DNA of 64,000 nt, taken from assembly GCA_963828525.1 (NCBI GenBank), contig CAWHEP010000014.1, forward strand, positions 32,001-96,000, read 5' to 3'. Under the pieces are notes generated by a model. The model was not told the DNA's origin and did not search any database. It was given only the letters and a program-made list of their open reading frames with translations. Position numbers and translations under genes: made by a program. This DNA is from an uncultured Verrucomicrobiae bacterium. GTDB lineage: Bacteria; Verrucomicrobiota; Verrucomicrobiia; Chthoniobacterales; Chthoniobacteraceae. This document shows positions 51,708 through 62,384 of the stretch, one piece after another (the stretch's first letter is position 1; every line of letters begins with the position of its first letter).

Positions 51708-52892
51708 TTAGAACCGCTTGCCGCTGCTGAAAGGGTTTGTCACCTGGTCTGACACGTAGTCCGTGGAAGCGGTGATGACCTGATCTCCTTCTTTTAAACC
51801 GCTAAGCACCTCCGTCGCGATTCCATCGCTGATTCCCACCTTGATCTGCGTCTTGCGTGGCTTGTCCTCTCCGCCTGCCCATAGGTAAACGGTGCGCTCG
51901 AAACGGCGTTCGCCTTTATTGCCGCCGGGCCGCGTCCGTTCCGCGCTGAACGGCGTGGGTGGTGGAGTTCCTTTTTCAACAATGCGCTCCAGCGGGCGAA
52001 ACCGAAGACCCGCATTGGCGAGCTTCAGCGCGCCCTCACGATGATCTATGATGACGGAGATATTGGCTGTCATCCCCGGCTTCAATTTCAGATCAGCGTT
52101 TTTCACGCTTATCACCACGTCGTAAGTCACGACGTTCTGAACGGTAGTGGGCGAGTTTCTCACCTGTCTCACCTTCCCATGGAAGGTTCGATAAGGGTAG
52201 GCATCCACAAAAAAGTCCACGTTTTGTCCCTCGGCTACATTGCCGACATCGGCTTCCGCGACATTGGAATCGATCTGCATATTGGACAGGTCATTGGCGA
52301 TTGTGAAGATGACGGGCGCGCTCAAGCTCGCGGCGACGGTCTGTCCGACATCCACGTTGCGTGAGATTACCATGCCATCGATGGGCGAATAGATCGTGCA
52401 ATGTTCCAAATCCACCTTTGTTTTATCTAAAGCGCCCTGTTTGATTTTGATGCTGGCTTCCGCCTGGTGCAGGCTCGCCAATGCCTGATCCAGAACTGCC
52501 TGCGAAGTTCCCTCGTGAGACCTCAAGTCGGCCGCTCGCCGCGCAACCGTCTGCGCGAGTTCCAGGGCGGCTTTGGCGCTCTCCAGGTCGCCTTCGGCTT
52601 CCAGCACGCTCGCCTGGAACGGCGCGGGGTCAATCTGCGCGACGATCTCCCCCGCCTTCACCGGCGAATTCCAATCTGCTTTCAGACTCGATATTCGGCC
52701 CGAAATTTGACTGCCCACCTGCACGTTGAGCACCGGATTGAGCTGCCCGGTCGCGGTGACAACCTGCGTGACATCACCTCGGGTAACGGTGGTTGTAAGA
52801 TACGCGGGCGCGTCGGATCGGTTGTGTCTCCAATACCACGCGCCCCCGCCCGCCAGCGCGGCCAAAAGGAGGAGTGAGATTACCGCTTTCAT
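51708..52892 (-). CDS. Efflux periplasmic adaptor (MacA-like)
   Basis: VGSQISG, SPIDG, GQTVAAS, LKPGMTA. Confidence 0.93.
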   Translation of the reverse strand: MKAVISLLLLAALAGGGAWYWRHNRSDAPAYLTTTVTRGDVTQVVTATGQLNPVLNVQVGSQISGRISSLKADWNSPVKAGEIVAQIDPAPFQASVLEAEGDLESAKAALELAQTVARRAADLRSHEGTSQAVLDQALASLHQAEASIKIKQGALDKTKVDLEHCTIYSPIDGMVISRNVDVGQTVAASLSAPVIFTIANDLSNMQIDSNVAEADVGNVAEGQNVDFFVDAYPYRTFHGKVRQVRNSPTTVQNVVTYDVVISVKNADLKLKPGMTANISVIIDHREGALKLANAGLRFRPLERIVEKGTPPPTPFSAERTRPGGNKGERRFERTVYLWAGGEDKPRKTQIKVGISDGIATEVLSGLKEGDQVITASTDYVSDQVTNPFSSGKRF

Positions 52893-54247
52893 TTCAGATT
52901 GCCTGCCATGGCGACCCGTCTCTGCTGGAAGCGCGCCATAGCCCGCTGCAGGTCAAGAAGCGCCACTTGGTAGGCATATACTTCAGTCGTGACGGTCGTG
53001 CGGGCATTATTAAGATCTATGAGGGCGCTTTGCGCGTCCAGACTTGTCGCCGAACCTTCCTTATACTCATTCTCAACATCCGTATAAGTCTGCTCCGTGG
53101 CGGCGAGCTGGGCGCGGGCCGCTTTGATCGTCGCTTTGAGGCTTCGGGCCTGCAGCCACGCGTTCTTCACTTCCTCCTGCAGGTTCTTCCCAGCGGTTTC
53201 ATGGTTGAGGCGCGTCTCGACGATCTGGCGCCCGGCGGTGCTGAGGTCGATTTCCCGCTGCCCACCGGTTAGGAACGGGATTTGCACCGCCACACCCGCG
53301 TCCCAAGCCTCACTGTCGGATTTGTTCTCGGGCCCATTCCTCGCGCTGGACTCCCCGGCAAGGTTAGCTCCTGCTTGAGCCACGATCCGGGGCGCGTATT
53401 CAGCCAGCACCTCCTTGCGACGCTGGACATCCTCTTCCACCGCGAGCGCGTTTGCCTGGTAGTCCTCCCGATTTCGTCTGGCCTCGTCCATGGCGGCCTC
53501 AAGGGATGGAATCTCGTCGGATGCGTCAGGCGGTTCAGCGAGATGGAACGAGGTGTCGCCTCCAAGGTTGAGAATGTTACTGAGATTGTTGCGATCCACT
53601 TCCAGGGTGCTTGCCGTGGAGATCAACGTCTGGCGCGCTCCCTCCAGAGTGGCTCGCGCGCGGAGCACGTCACTGCGGGCCACATCCCCAAGGTCCAGGC
53701 GCTCCTGGGAGAGTTGGAGTTGACGATTGGCAAGTTCAAACGTCTGCTGGTTGACCCGTGCCACCGCCTGCTGCTTGAGAACCTCATAATAAGCCTGGGC
53801 AACTCCGAAGAGTGTTTGCCGGACGGTGAAACGATACTGCAGCAGCGCGGATTCCGCAGCGAGCTTTCCAACACGATAGGCCGGAAAAGCGGTCAGATCG
53901 AACAGCGGTTGGGAAAGGCTGAGACCCGCGCTTCCCGTGTTCGTCCGGCTCGTCACGGGGCCGGAAGGATCCAGCGTTAGCGAAGAGGTCTGGTTGTAGT
54001 TGTGTTGGAAACCCAGATTACCATTCACCTGCGGCCCAAGCCGGGTAAGCGCGCTCCAAGGCAGCAGATTAGCCTTCCGCGACTCCTGATACGCCACCCG
54101 GATGGATTGATCAGTCGCCGCGGCGCGGTCGTATGCCTGTTCCAGCGTGAGTATTTGCCCCGGCGTAAAACTCTGGGCAGACGTTATTTGAGGGGTGAGA
54201 AGACTTACCGTCGAGGCGGCTATACCGCATAGAAAACGGTTGATCAT
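52889..54247 (-). CDS. TolC-family outer membrane protein
   Basis: Signal peptide, LSQPLFD, VAQAYY, helical repeats; first gene of exporter operon. Confidence 0.88.
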   Translation of the reverse strand: MINRFLCGIAASTVSLLTPQITSAQSFTPGQILTLEQAYDRAAATDQSIRVAYQESRKANLLPWSALTRLGPQVNGNLGFQHNYNQTSSLTLDPSGPVTSRTNTGSAGLSLSQPLFDLTAFPAYRVGKLAAESALLQYRFTVRQTLFGVAQAYYEVLKQQAVARVNQQTFELANRQLQLSQERLDLGDVARSDVLRARATLEGARQTLISTASTLEVDRNNLSNILNLGGDTSFHLAEPPDASDEIPSLEAAMDEARRNREDYQANALAVEEDVQRRKEVLAEYAPRIVAQAGANLAGESSARNGPENKSDSEAWDAGVAVQIPFLTGGQREIDLSTAGRQIVETRLNHETAGKNLQEEVKNAWLQARSLKATIKAARAQLAATEQTYTDVENEYKEGSATSLDAQSALIDLNNARTTVTTEVYAYQVALLDLQRAMARFQQRRVAMAGNLK

Positions 54248-54322
54248 GGGGTGGGAGGCCCTACCTAATATGACCCTCCCCCATTGTCAATGTTACCGGC
54301 GAGCGCGCTGGCGCTCCGCGCG

Positions 54323-54919
54323 CTAGGAGGAGGGCTGGTGGCTTTCGTTCAGCCCCTCGTGATCGTGTCTGAGAGACATCGTTTGTTTCCCGTTCGCCGA
54401 GCCTGTTTTCACCACGAAGATGCTGTCAAAATCATCATGCGGCCAATTTGGAACGATTCCAGGATCGCCGCCACGCGACGCCACGATGTCTCGGAGGAGT
54501 TCTTCCAGCTTCACGTGTTCCCACGCGACGAAGATCAGGGCATTCTTGTATCGAGGGGCGAGCAGTTCCTTCCTTAGTCGCGAAATCTGATCGTAAGTAA
54601 ACCGGGTATCGACCGGAAGCCCGAGACGGATCGCTGTTGGCTCTATAGTCATCAAAGGCCGGACGTACGAATAGGACATTCCTCCGGCCGTTTTCTTGAG
54701 TTCCGTCTTCGGGGCGAAGACATATTGCGCTTTTCCGTATTTTGGGATAAGGACATTTGGAAGCGCAAGCGCCCGATGCAGCCCCTTCAACGTCAACTGG
54801 CCTTTGTCCTCTTTCGGTTTCTCCCCATGCCTGATGAAAACAATCGTTTCGCAATCTGAAGCGCGCAAACAGACGGCTTGGAAGAAGAGGAAAAGCAGCA
54901 GTGATGTCAGGGTGCGCAC
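54323..54919 (-). CDS. Secreted histidine-phosphatase-like protein
   Basis: IRHGEKP, RPLMT, VAWEH. Confidence 0.75.
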   Translation of the reverse strand: MRTLTSLLLFLFFQAVCLRASDCETIVFIRHGEKPKEDKGQLTLKGLHRALALPNVLIPKYGKAQYVFAPKTELKKTAGGMSYSYVRPLMTIEPTAIRLGLPVDTRFTYDQISRLRKELLAPRYKNALIFVAWEHVKLEELLRDIVASRGGDPGIVPNWPHDDFDSIFVVKTGSANGKQTMSLRHDHEGLNESHQPSS

Positions 54920-55048
54920 GGTTATTGCTAGGATAGGTGGTAGAAGGTTCTAACGTCAACGGATTCCCCCCATCCACCCCGCAGTGTGCCAACCCTCCCG
55001 CACCCGATCATCCGACCACTCGCCATTGGAAGCGAGACTAAGTATAAC

Positions 55049-55489
55049 ATGTCTCTCCTCGAGAAGGTAAAGCGCGCGACAATCCGCGTGGCGGTGATTG
55101 ACGATCATCCGTGGGTCAGAGCTGGCCTTATTTCCACGATGAAGCCTCGGACGGAATTCGTTGTCTGTGGCGAGGCGGAGGATGCGGAGTCAGCCTTGGC
55201 CGTTATTGGGGAGTCGCGTCCAGATATCGCGTTGGTGGACATCTCCCTGAAGGGGGACGTGGATGGCATTGTGTTGACCGCGATGATCAAGAAGCAGTTT
55301 CCCTCGGTGGTGGTGCTTATCCTCTCCATGCATGTGGAGGTCGACTATGCCATAGGCGCAAAGGCGGCCGGGGCTTCCGGTTACCTGCTGAAGAACGAGG
55401 CTTCCGGGTTTCTGCTGACAGCGATCACGCGTTGCATGGATGGGCGCGGCTTCTTCAGCGAGGCGCTGCTGCGAAGGATGCGCCTGTAG
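55049..55489 (+). CDS. NarL-type response regulator, receiver domain only
   Basis: IDDHP, LVDISL, LSMH, GYLLK; ends before any HTH. Confidence 0.85.
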   Translation: MSLLEKVKRATIRVAVIDDHPWVRAGLISTMKPRTEFVVCGEAEDAESALAVIGESRPDIALVDISLKGDVDGIVLTAMIKKQFPSVVVLILSMHVEVDYAIGAKAAGASGYLLKNEASGFLLTAITRCMDGRGFFSEALLRRMRL

Positions 55490-55549
55490 GACGCTCCCGG
55501 GCTTGCTCTGCAAGGCCGGTGGGCGCGATACTCCCACATCCGTCTCCAG

Positions 55550-58500
55550 ATAAAATTTCCTTCGCTTTCCCTGCGCGGCGTCCTCTTCATTCAGGCGCTT
55601 GCCAGCTTGCTATTGGCCGCGGGAAATGTGAACGCCGCGCCGGTGGAAATCCACTATCAGCTTCCCGCCGCTCCGGTTCCACAAGCCTATTTGGTTACTC
55701 TCGCGATCACCGATCCGAAGGATCCGGAATGGATCGTCAGCACTTTCCTCACGGCTGGCGTCAGGATAGTCAGCCACGAAAATGGCGGCCGGTTTACGGA
55801 GACCTGGAACGGCCTGGATGAAAATTTGATGCCATTGCCTTCCGGGCGCTATGGACTGAAAGGCATCTATTCGAAGGCGACCCGATGGTCTATCGATGGT
55901 CAATACCATGCCTTCATTCCGAAGCTGGCTGTAGCTGCGGGGGACTGCTGGATGCCTGCGCCCGCGCGGGATGATCTTTATCCCTGGCTGTCGGGAGCCG
56001 GGTTTGGCACCTGGAGCAGCGTGGCAGTCGGCGCGAACAACAGGGCCAGCTTCTACCACAACTTTCTGGAGAACTCACTGAACCCCTATCTGGTGGACTT
56101 GAACAAGCCCATCGGGTTCGACCAGGTCATTAAAGGCTTTCCCTCAGGAGGTGTGGGAGGGGGTGGCTCAACAGCCACAGATGGCGCGGCCATTTGGTGC
56201 GACTGCGTTAACGGGTTGAAACCGATGCCCTTCCTCTTCCGGGCTGATCGCGCATTTGGCTCCTCGCGTTCTACCTGGCGCAATAACGTGACGATGACTA
56301 CTGCGAATACCTCGGCGATGGTCGCGGGGACCTTCGGACGCAGGCCTCTGCTGTATGTCGCCGGTGGAGGGGTTGGAGGCGGCATCTCGGTGTTCGATGG
56401 AGACAGCGCGGAACTGCTGGCCAGGGTGTCGGTGGACAATCCGAGAGCGCTTATGCTTTCGGGGACGGCATTGACAGTGATGCGCCAGGATAAGGCAGGC
56501 GCCGCGGAACTGAGTTCTTGCGCGCTTTCGGGCGGCTTGCCAACGGGAAGATGGAATAAAGACCTGGGGATCGCGGGCATAGCGAATCCCACTGACTGCG
56601 TCCGCAACGAGGAGGGTGATTACTTTGTGAGCGACGCGGACGCCAACCAGGTTTACGAGATGAACGGCAGTGGAGCCATCGTCCGGCTGCTTGGCTCCGC
56701 GACTCCTGTGAAGCCTGGAGCTTACAACCCCCTAGGCTTCCTCTCTCCCGGCAAGCTGGCAGTCCGTCGGGACAGTGATGGTCAGGAGCGCCTGATCGTC
56801 GTGGAGCGCTCCGGGGCAGGCCGGGTCAGTGAATGGTCCATGCAGGGGACCTTGCTGCGGGAGTGGATCGCGGGAGTCGTCGCCGCAAACGTGGGCTACG
56901 CGGTTGATCCCGAGGATTCGGATCATGTTTACATGGCGGCAGGGCAAACCGCGACTGGATTTGGGCTTTTGCGCTTCCACCTGAATTACCAGGACGCCTC
57001 CTGGGGCCTGGACGGGTTCTGGCCCGGGATTTGTGGAGGCGACAAGCGCTTCCCAGGTGGCCAGAGTTTTCCCCGGCTCCTGCGCGTGAACGGGCGAAAA
57101 TACCTCGCGTTCGCGCGCCACATAGGATCGGACTTTGGCTATATGATCTACCGGCAAGCTGGCGAGGACTGGGCGCCGAGCGCGTGTATTTTCCCTGACG
57201 CGTCTCGCCCGGGAGAGTGGCGGTCGTGGCACAACGCGACTGGTAGCGGAGAGATCGATGGGGGCGTCCCCTTTTCTTTCCCCAGCCAGCCCCGGTATTG
57301 GGGTGAGAAGTGGCTGGATGACCTCTCGCTGGTTGTCATAGAAAACGGCGGGCGGTCGCTATGGCGGCTCCCGGTTGCCCGTTTCGACGCGCTCGGGAAT
57401 CCGGTCTATGAGTCGTCGGATTGGAAACGTCTTCTTACCGATTCTGTGAAGGAACAAATCTTCCATCATCAGGCGGATCCTTTGCATGGTGGCAATGAAG
57501 TAAGCGACCGGTTCGTATCAGCCTGGGACTCGGTGGATGGCTCGATGGAACGCGGATTTTACGTCAATTCCTATGGCGGCCCGGCTTGTGGGACCGGCGT
57601 CGATTCCTCCGGTCGTTACGGCTCAGAAACCAAGGTGAGCTTTTACTCGCCCGACGGGAAGGGCGGCTTCAGGATTCGATGGCGGGTTGGTCGCAAGGCA
57701 TTCGGTCTTGCGAAGCCCGGGGAGATATACGGGCCTCTGCATGTCACTGCCCCGGTAAACGGCGTCCTCGGTGTCCAGGATGGCAACGGCCTCTATCATC
57801 TTTTTACGGATGACGGCCTCTACATAGATACCCTGCTGGTGGACTGCTACGCGCGGGCGAAGCCATTTGGCGGGGTGTATTCCCTCGGAGGCGAACTTTT
57901 CAACGGTTATCATTTCCTGAATAAATCGAACGGAAAAGCGTACTTGGCGATGGGCCGCAATTCAGCGGAATTCTTTGAAATCCAGGGCTTGAGCCGCGAT
58001 CGAAACGGCATTGAACGGATACCAGGCCTGGAGGGTGGAACGCAAATTACCGCCGATCAGATCGCTCCGGCGGACGAAAGGGCGCTCCGCGTCCGCGCGC
58101 CAGGGCAGGGCATCGCCAAGACGGCGGTCTTCAACCCCTGCAAGACTCCGCCTTCGATGGATTGCTCCATGCGCGGCTGGGATGCCGCGGGTGAGGTGAC
58201 ATTTGAGAGCGACCAGGAAAATCGCGTTGAAGCGCGGCTCCTCTTTGACCCCAACACCATCTATCTGAGATGGCGCGCGCGGCAGAGCCAAAAGGTTCAG
58301 GTCGCTCCCGCTGGCCATCCCGAGCGCATCTTTACACACGACACCGCCGCGACAACGCTTAGCTTCTATTTCGCCGCCCCTTCCTCCCTTATCCAGAAGC
58401 TGGGCATGTCTCTCGGAGATTGCAGGATCGTTTTCGGACTCCAGAAGAGTGGGAATACCACAGCTCCGATTGCTGTCGGGCTATACCCCTCCACCATCGC

Positions 58501-58828
58501 GCGCCTGCACCCTGTGACCTACACGTCGGCTGTTAGCAGCGCGACTTTCGCCGATGTCGCTCCGCTCACCAACGTGAAGCTATCCACCGCCCAGGACGGT
58601 GACGGAAAGGGTTTTGTCCTCTGCGCCGCAGTGCCGCGGATTGATATTCCTTTCTCGGGAGCACTGCATGCGGGAGAGGCGGCCCGGGTGGATTTCTCCG
58701 CCACCGTGAACGGCAAGCTGGCGTTCTGGTGGTGTAATCTGGATGGCTCTGCAAGCACCAACACCAGCGACGAGCCTTCCGAAGCCGCGCTTTACCCTTC
58801 CGCGTGGGGAACCGCGGAATTTAAGTAA
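55550..58828 (+). CDS. Large secreted multidomain protein (FlgD/Ig-like N-terminus, propeller-like middle, possible carbohydrate-binding C-terminus)
   Basis: 1073-aa ORF from 55607; frame extends up to ATA 55550 giving a full signal peptide; WNGLDE..P.GRY motif; domain calls tentative. Confidence 0.65.
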   Translation: MKFPSLSLRGVLFIQALASLLLAAGNVNAAPVEIHYQLPAAPVPQAYLVTLAITDPKDPEWIVSTFLTAGVRIVSHENGGRFTETWNGLDENLMPLPSGRYGLKGIYSKATRWSIDGQYHAFIPKLAVAAGDCWMPAPARDDLYPWLSGAGFGTWSSVAVGANNRASFYHNFLENSLNPYLVDLNKPIGFDQVIKGFPSGGVGGGGSTATDGAAIWCDCVNGLKPMPFLFRADRAFGSSRSTWRNNVTMTTANTSAMVAGTFGRRPLLYVAGGGVGGGISVFDGDSAELLARVSVDNPRALMLSGTALTVMRQDKAGAAELSSCALSGGLPTGRWNKDLGIAGIANPTDCVRNEEGDYFVSDADANQVYEMNGSGAIVRLLGSATPVKPGAYNPLGFLSPGKLAVRRDSDGQERLIVVERSGAGRVSEWSMQGTLLREWIAGVVAANVGYAVDPEDSDHVYMAAGQTATGFGLLRFHLNYQDASWGLDGFWPGICGGDKRFPGGQSFPRLLRVNGRKYLAFARHIGSDFGYMIYRQAGEDWAPSACIFPDASRPGEWRSWHNATGSGEIDGGVPFSFPSQPRYWGEKWLDDLSLVVIENGGRSLWRLPVARFDALGNPVYESSDWKRLLTDSVKEQIFHHQADPLHGGNEVSDRFVSAWDSVDGSMERGFYVNSYGGPACGTGVDSSGRYGSETKVSFYSPDGKGGFRIRWRVGRKAFGLAKPGEIYGPLHVTAPVNGVLGVQDGNGLYHLFTDDGLYIDTLLVDCYARAKPFGGVYSLGGELFNGYHFLNKSNGKAYLAMGRNSAEFFEIQGLSRDRNGIERIPGLEGGTQITADQIAPADERALRVRAPGQGIAKTAVFNPCKTPPSMDCSMRGWDAAGEVTFESDQENRVEARLLFDPNTIYLRWRARQSQKVQVAPAGHPERIFTHDTAATTLSFYFAAPSSLIQKLGMSLGDCRIVFGLQKSGNTTAPIAVGLYPSTIARLHPVTYTSAVSSATFADVAPLTNVKLSTAQDGDGKGFVLCAAVPRIDIPFSGALHAGEAARVDFSATVNGKLAFWWCNLDGSASTNTSDEPSEAALYPSAWGTAEFK

Positions 58829-58840
58829 CGCGAGGGCGTT

Positions 58841-60064
58841 TTATCCAAGCAGGCGATGCGTCTCCTGCAGCTTCGCCACAATGTCTATGTCCGACGGGCA
58901 GGATGGCATGCAGTCTCCGCACGCGACGCAGGACGAACCGTTTTTGGTGAGCGCCTGGTATTCAGCGCGCGCGCGCGGGAGATCATGATAGTCGTTCGCA
59001 TAACGCTCGTAGCGGAGGATGTCCGCGATGGCGATGTGCTCTGAACAATGGCTCACGCAGTCGGAGCAGAGCAGGCATGTCAGGCCCTTGTTATAGCCAG
59101 CCAGCAGACCCAGTGTGTCGCGATCCTGCGACGTCATCGCGACCTTCGCCGCAGCTCCCATGTTTTCCTCCCACTGCGTGAAGTTCTTCATCACGATCAC
59201 GGCTGCCGTGAGATCCGGGTTGGACATTAGCCACTTCACCATCGCCGCCCCCGGCGCGCTCCCCTGGAAACGGGGCTCGGCGAGGAGTTTCTGAAATTTC
59301 TGGTCCTGCGCGGCCCGCCCGACGCCCGCCATCGTCTTCATCGCAATCGTTCCAAAGTCCTTTTGCTTGGCCAGCGCGATGATGTCGCCAATCTCCTTTT
59401 TGTCCCCGTAGGTGTAGAAAAATTGGGCGGCCTCGAACGGCGAGTGATCCATCAGGTAGGCCAGAATTTCATACGCCATGTCGCCACCGATGTCCTTGTA
59501 GTGGTGTTGCGATAGGACCAGGTGCTTTACCAACCCTTCTTTTTTGAGGCGATCGAAGGCTCGGATGATGCCCATCTCCGTCTTTGCTTCCTCTATCGAG
59601 TGGTATCCGAAGTGGAATTTGAAAACGTCGTAATAGCCCAGACCTGAACGCTCCACGCACTTCTTCACGAACTGGTAGTGCTGTTCCTCGTCGATGTGGC
59701 CTTTCGCGTTATCGCCTCCCACTCGGTCCACCACCACCTCCAAGTAATAAGATTCCCGAGGCTGGCTCTTGATTGCCGCTGGCATTGTCTCCGCTGTCCA
59801 GCGCTGCGACTTATGCCAATAGTTCACGCCTGCCGCGACGGCGAAGGGAATGATGTCGGGCGTCCAATCCGACGCGCCGACCAGCGAGCTGATCAGCAAT
59901 CCCGTGCGCCCATAGCGGCGCAACGGAAGTTTCCCGTTTTGCATTTGTCCCGCTTCCGCGGCGGAGAGATTTCGTCCCAAGGCGCCCAGACCAACTGCCG
60001 CCGCCCCTGTAGTGCCGAGCCGGATGAATTCACGGCGTGAGAAACCATTCTTTTCTTCAGACAT
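58841..60064 (-). CDS. Aldo/keto reductase with C-terminal 4Fe-4S dicluster, Tat-like signal
   Basis: SRREFI, RRYGRTG, IAMKT, CLLCSDCVSHC, CVACGDCMPSCP. Confidence 0.85.
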   Translation of the reverse strand: MSEEKNGFSRREFIRLGTTGAAAVGLGALGRNLSAAEAGQMQNGKLPLRRYGRTGLLISSLVGASDWTPDIIPFAVAAGVNYWHKSQRWTAETMPAAIKSQPRESYYLEVVVDRVGGDNAKGHIDEEQHYQFVKKCVERSGLGYYDVFKFHFGYHSIEEAKTEMGIIRAFDRLKKEGLVKHLVLSQHHYKDIGGDMAYEILAYLMDHSPFEAAQFFYTYGDKKEIGDIIALAKQKDFGTIAMKTMAGVGRAAQDQKFQKLLAEPRFQGSAPGAAMVKWLMSNPDLTAAVIVMKNFTQWEENMGAAAKVAMTSQDRDTLGLLAGYNKGLTCLLCSDCVSHCSEHIAIADILRYERYANDYHDLPRARAEYQALTKNGSSCVACGDCMPSCPSDIDIVAKLQETHRLLG

Positions 60065-60253
60065 CTTTAACCTTTCGGTGAGTGACGCGCGTCTCTCACT
60101 ACGACCGGACAACCGGCAGAGATGAGGGGCGAAGATGAAGTTGAATGTTTTCTCGATCTATGTCAGCAACGAAATGCAACTTTTTGAGTCTTTGCCGCCG
60201 CAGGTCTTTGCGGTTATTCTCCGCTTCCCGCAAGCTCATAAAAGACATATCCC

Positions 60254-62383
60254 ATGACGCGTTTCTCATCTTACCGCTTTCTTCTTCTTTCGATCGTGCC
60301 GCTCGTGGCGCATCCTCTCCTCGCTGAGTCGCCTGCCGCCGGGCAGCCGCCCCTGAAGTCCGTGGAGGAATTTCAGAAGAAAGCTGCCTCGTTCAAGGAA
60401 GTCATCAGCATCCCGCCGTTTGAGACTACCGCCGACGCCGTCAAGGCTTCCGCCGCTCAGGCCATTTCCGACGGGGATGCCGCGCTCGACAAACTTGGCA
60501 AGCTCGATCCCAAAACGGTTACCCTTGAGAACACCATCAAGGCTCTGGATTATCTTACCTATCAGACCGGCAGAACGGAGAGCCGGCTGGATATCATCAA
60601 GAACGCTTCCCCGGAGGCTGCGATGCGGAACGCGGCCACGGAAGGTATCAAGAAGCTGGACGACTGGTCGGTAAGCGTCAATTACCGGCAGGACGTCTAT
60701 AACACGATGAAGGCGTTCGCCGCGACGAAGCCTCATCTCGAAGGCGAGGACGCGCGTTTGTTTGAGCAGACGATGCGCGATTATCGCAGGGCTGGTTTGG
60801 AGCTGCCAAAACAACAGCAGAAGGAGATCGAAGACCTCTTCCAGCAGCTCTCAAAGCTAGAGACGGATTTCCAGAACAATATTCGCGACGACCACTCCTT
60901 TGTCCGCTTCACACGGTCGGAGCTTGCTGGCGTGCCTCAGGATTTGCTTGATCAAAAAGGCGTCAAGACGGGGGATAACCAATATACCATCGACGCGAAT
61001 GTCACCTTCCAGGTGATCAGCGTTGAGGATAATTGCCTCGTTGAGGCGACTCGCAAAAAGCTCTACATCGCCCGCGACAGCAGGGCGATGGAAAAGAACG
61101 TCCCGCTCATGACGAAGATCGTTGGCATTCGCGACGCGCTCGCGAGGAAGCTGGGTTACGCTTCCTGGGCCGACTACCGCATCGAGCCGATGATGGCGAA
61201 GGACTCGGCAACCGCTTTGAAGTTTCTCAATGATCTGAGCGCCGGCCTTCAGCCCAAGTTCGACGCCGAGTTAGTCGAATTGAAGAAGCTAAAGGCGGCG
61301 GCGACAGGCGAGAAAGATCCCCAAATCAACATGTGGGACTGGCGTTACTTCGGCGAAAAGATTCACCAGCAGAAGTTCGATATCGATGAGGAAGCTCTGC
61401 GCGTTTATTTCCCCTATCAAAAGGTGCTGCAAGGGATGTTCAACATCTACCAGACGATCTTCGGGATCAAGATCGAGCAGATCTCCTGCCCGTATAAGTG
61501 GGTTGATGACCTGAGGTTGTATGCTGTAAGCGATGCCAAAACCAGCGAACCGATGGGGCTCTTCTACCTGGACATGTTCCCTCGTGAAGGGAAGTACAAT
61601 CATTTCGCGCAGTTCGGGATCATCGAAGGCATCAGGCTGCCGGATGGCACCTACCAGCGCCCCACCGTCGCGCTGATTTGCAACTTCCCGCCGCCGACTG
61701 CCGACAAACCCTCACTCATGAGCCATGACGATGTCGTCACTATTTTCCACGAGTTCGGCCATGGGATGCACTCGATCTTAACCCGCGCAAGCAGCGGGCG
61801 GTTCTCCGGGACGAATGTCCCCCGCGACTTCGTGGAAGCCCCTTCCCAAATGCTGGAAAACTGGGGATGGGACAAGCAGGTGCTGGACAGTTTCGCGGCG
61901 GATTATCGTGATCCCTCCAAGAAAATTCCGGCTGCCATCCTGGACAAACTCAGGGACTCGGAGCGGGCAACCGTCGGCAACTTCTATCGGCGGCAGATCG
62001 GTTTCGCGCTGCTTGATCTTGCCATCCATGGGCCGTCGAAGGAAGGGGAGACAAAGGACGTGGTGAAGATTTCCAACGATATCCTCAGCAAGGTCTTCTA
62101 CCCTGTCGTGCCGGGAACCGCCTCCATCGCCTCGTTTGATCACCTGTGCGGCGGGTACGACGCGGGTTATTACGGTTACGCCTGGGCCGACGCGATTGCG
62201 GCTGATATGGCGACGGTTTTTACGAAGGCGCCGAAACGATTCTTCGATCCGGAAGCGGGGGCGCGGCTTCGCAACGACATCTATTCCAAGGGCGACTCGC
62301 GCGATGTGAATATCTCGATAGAGGATTTTCTCGGGAGGGCCAGATCCATTGAGCCATTTCTGGAAAGACTGGGGATCCACTAA
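60254..62383 (+). CDS. M3-family (thimet-like) oligopeptidase with signal peptide
   Basis: FHEFGHGMH, DFVEAPSQMLE, GYDAGYYGY, FLGR. Confidence 0.93.
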   Translation: MTRFSSYRFLLLSIVPLVAHPLLAESPAAGQPPLKSVEEFQKKAASFKEVISIPPFETTADAVKASAAQAISDGDAALDKLGKLDPKTVTLENTIKALDYLTYQTGRTESRLDIIKNASPEAAMRNAATEGIKKLDDWSVSVNYRQDVYNTMKAFAATKPHLEGEDARLFEQTMRDYRRAGLELPKQQQKEIEDLFQQLSKLETDFQNNIRDDHSFVRFTRSELAGVPQDLLDQKGVKTGDNQYTIDANVTFQVISVEDNCLVEATRKKLYIARDSRAMEKNVPLMTKIVGIRDALARKLGYASWADYRIEPMMAKDSATALKFLNDLSAGLQPKFDAELVELKKLKAAATGEKDPQINMWDWRYFGEKIHQQKFDIDEEALRVYFPYQKVLQGMFNIYQTIFGIKIEQISCPYKWVDDLRLYAVSDAKTSEPMGLFYLDMFPREGKYNHFAQFGIIEGIRLPDGTYQRPTVALICNFPPPTADKPSLMSHDDVVTIFHEFGHGMHSILTRASSGRFSGTNVPRDFVEAPSQMLENWGWDKQVLDSFAADYRDPSKKIPAAILDKLRDSERATVGNFYRRQIGFALLDLAIHGPSKEGETKDVVKISNDILSKVFYPVVPGTASIASFDHLCGGYDAGYYGYAWADAIAADMATVFTKAPKRFFDPEAGARLRNDIYSKGDSRDVNISIEDFLGRARSIEPFLERLGIH

Positions 62384-62384
62384 G

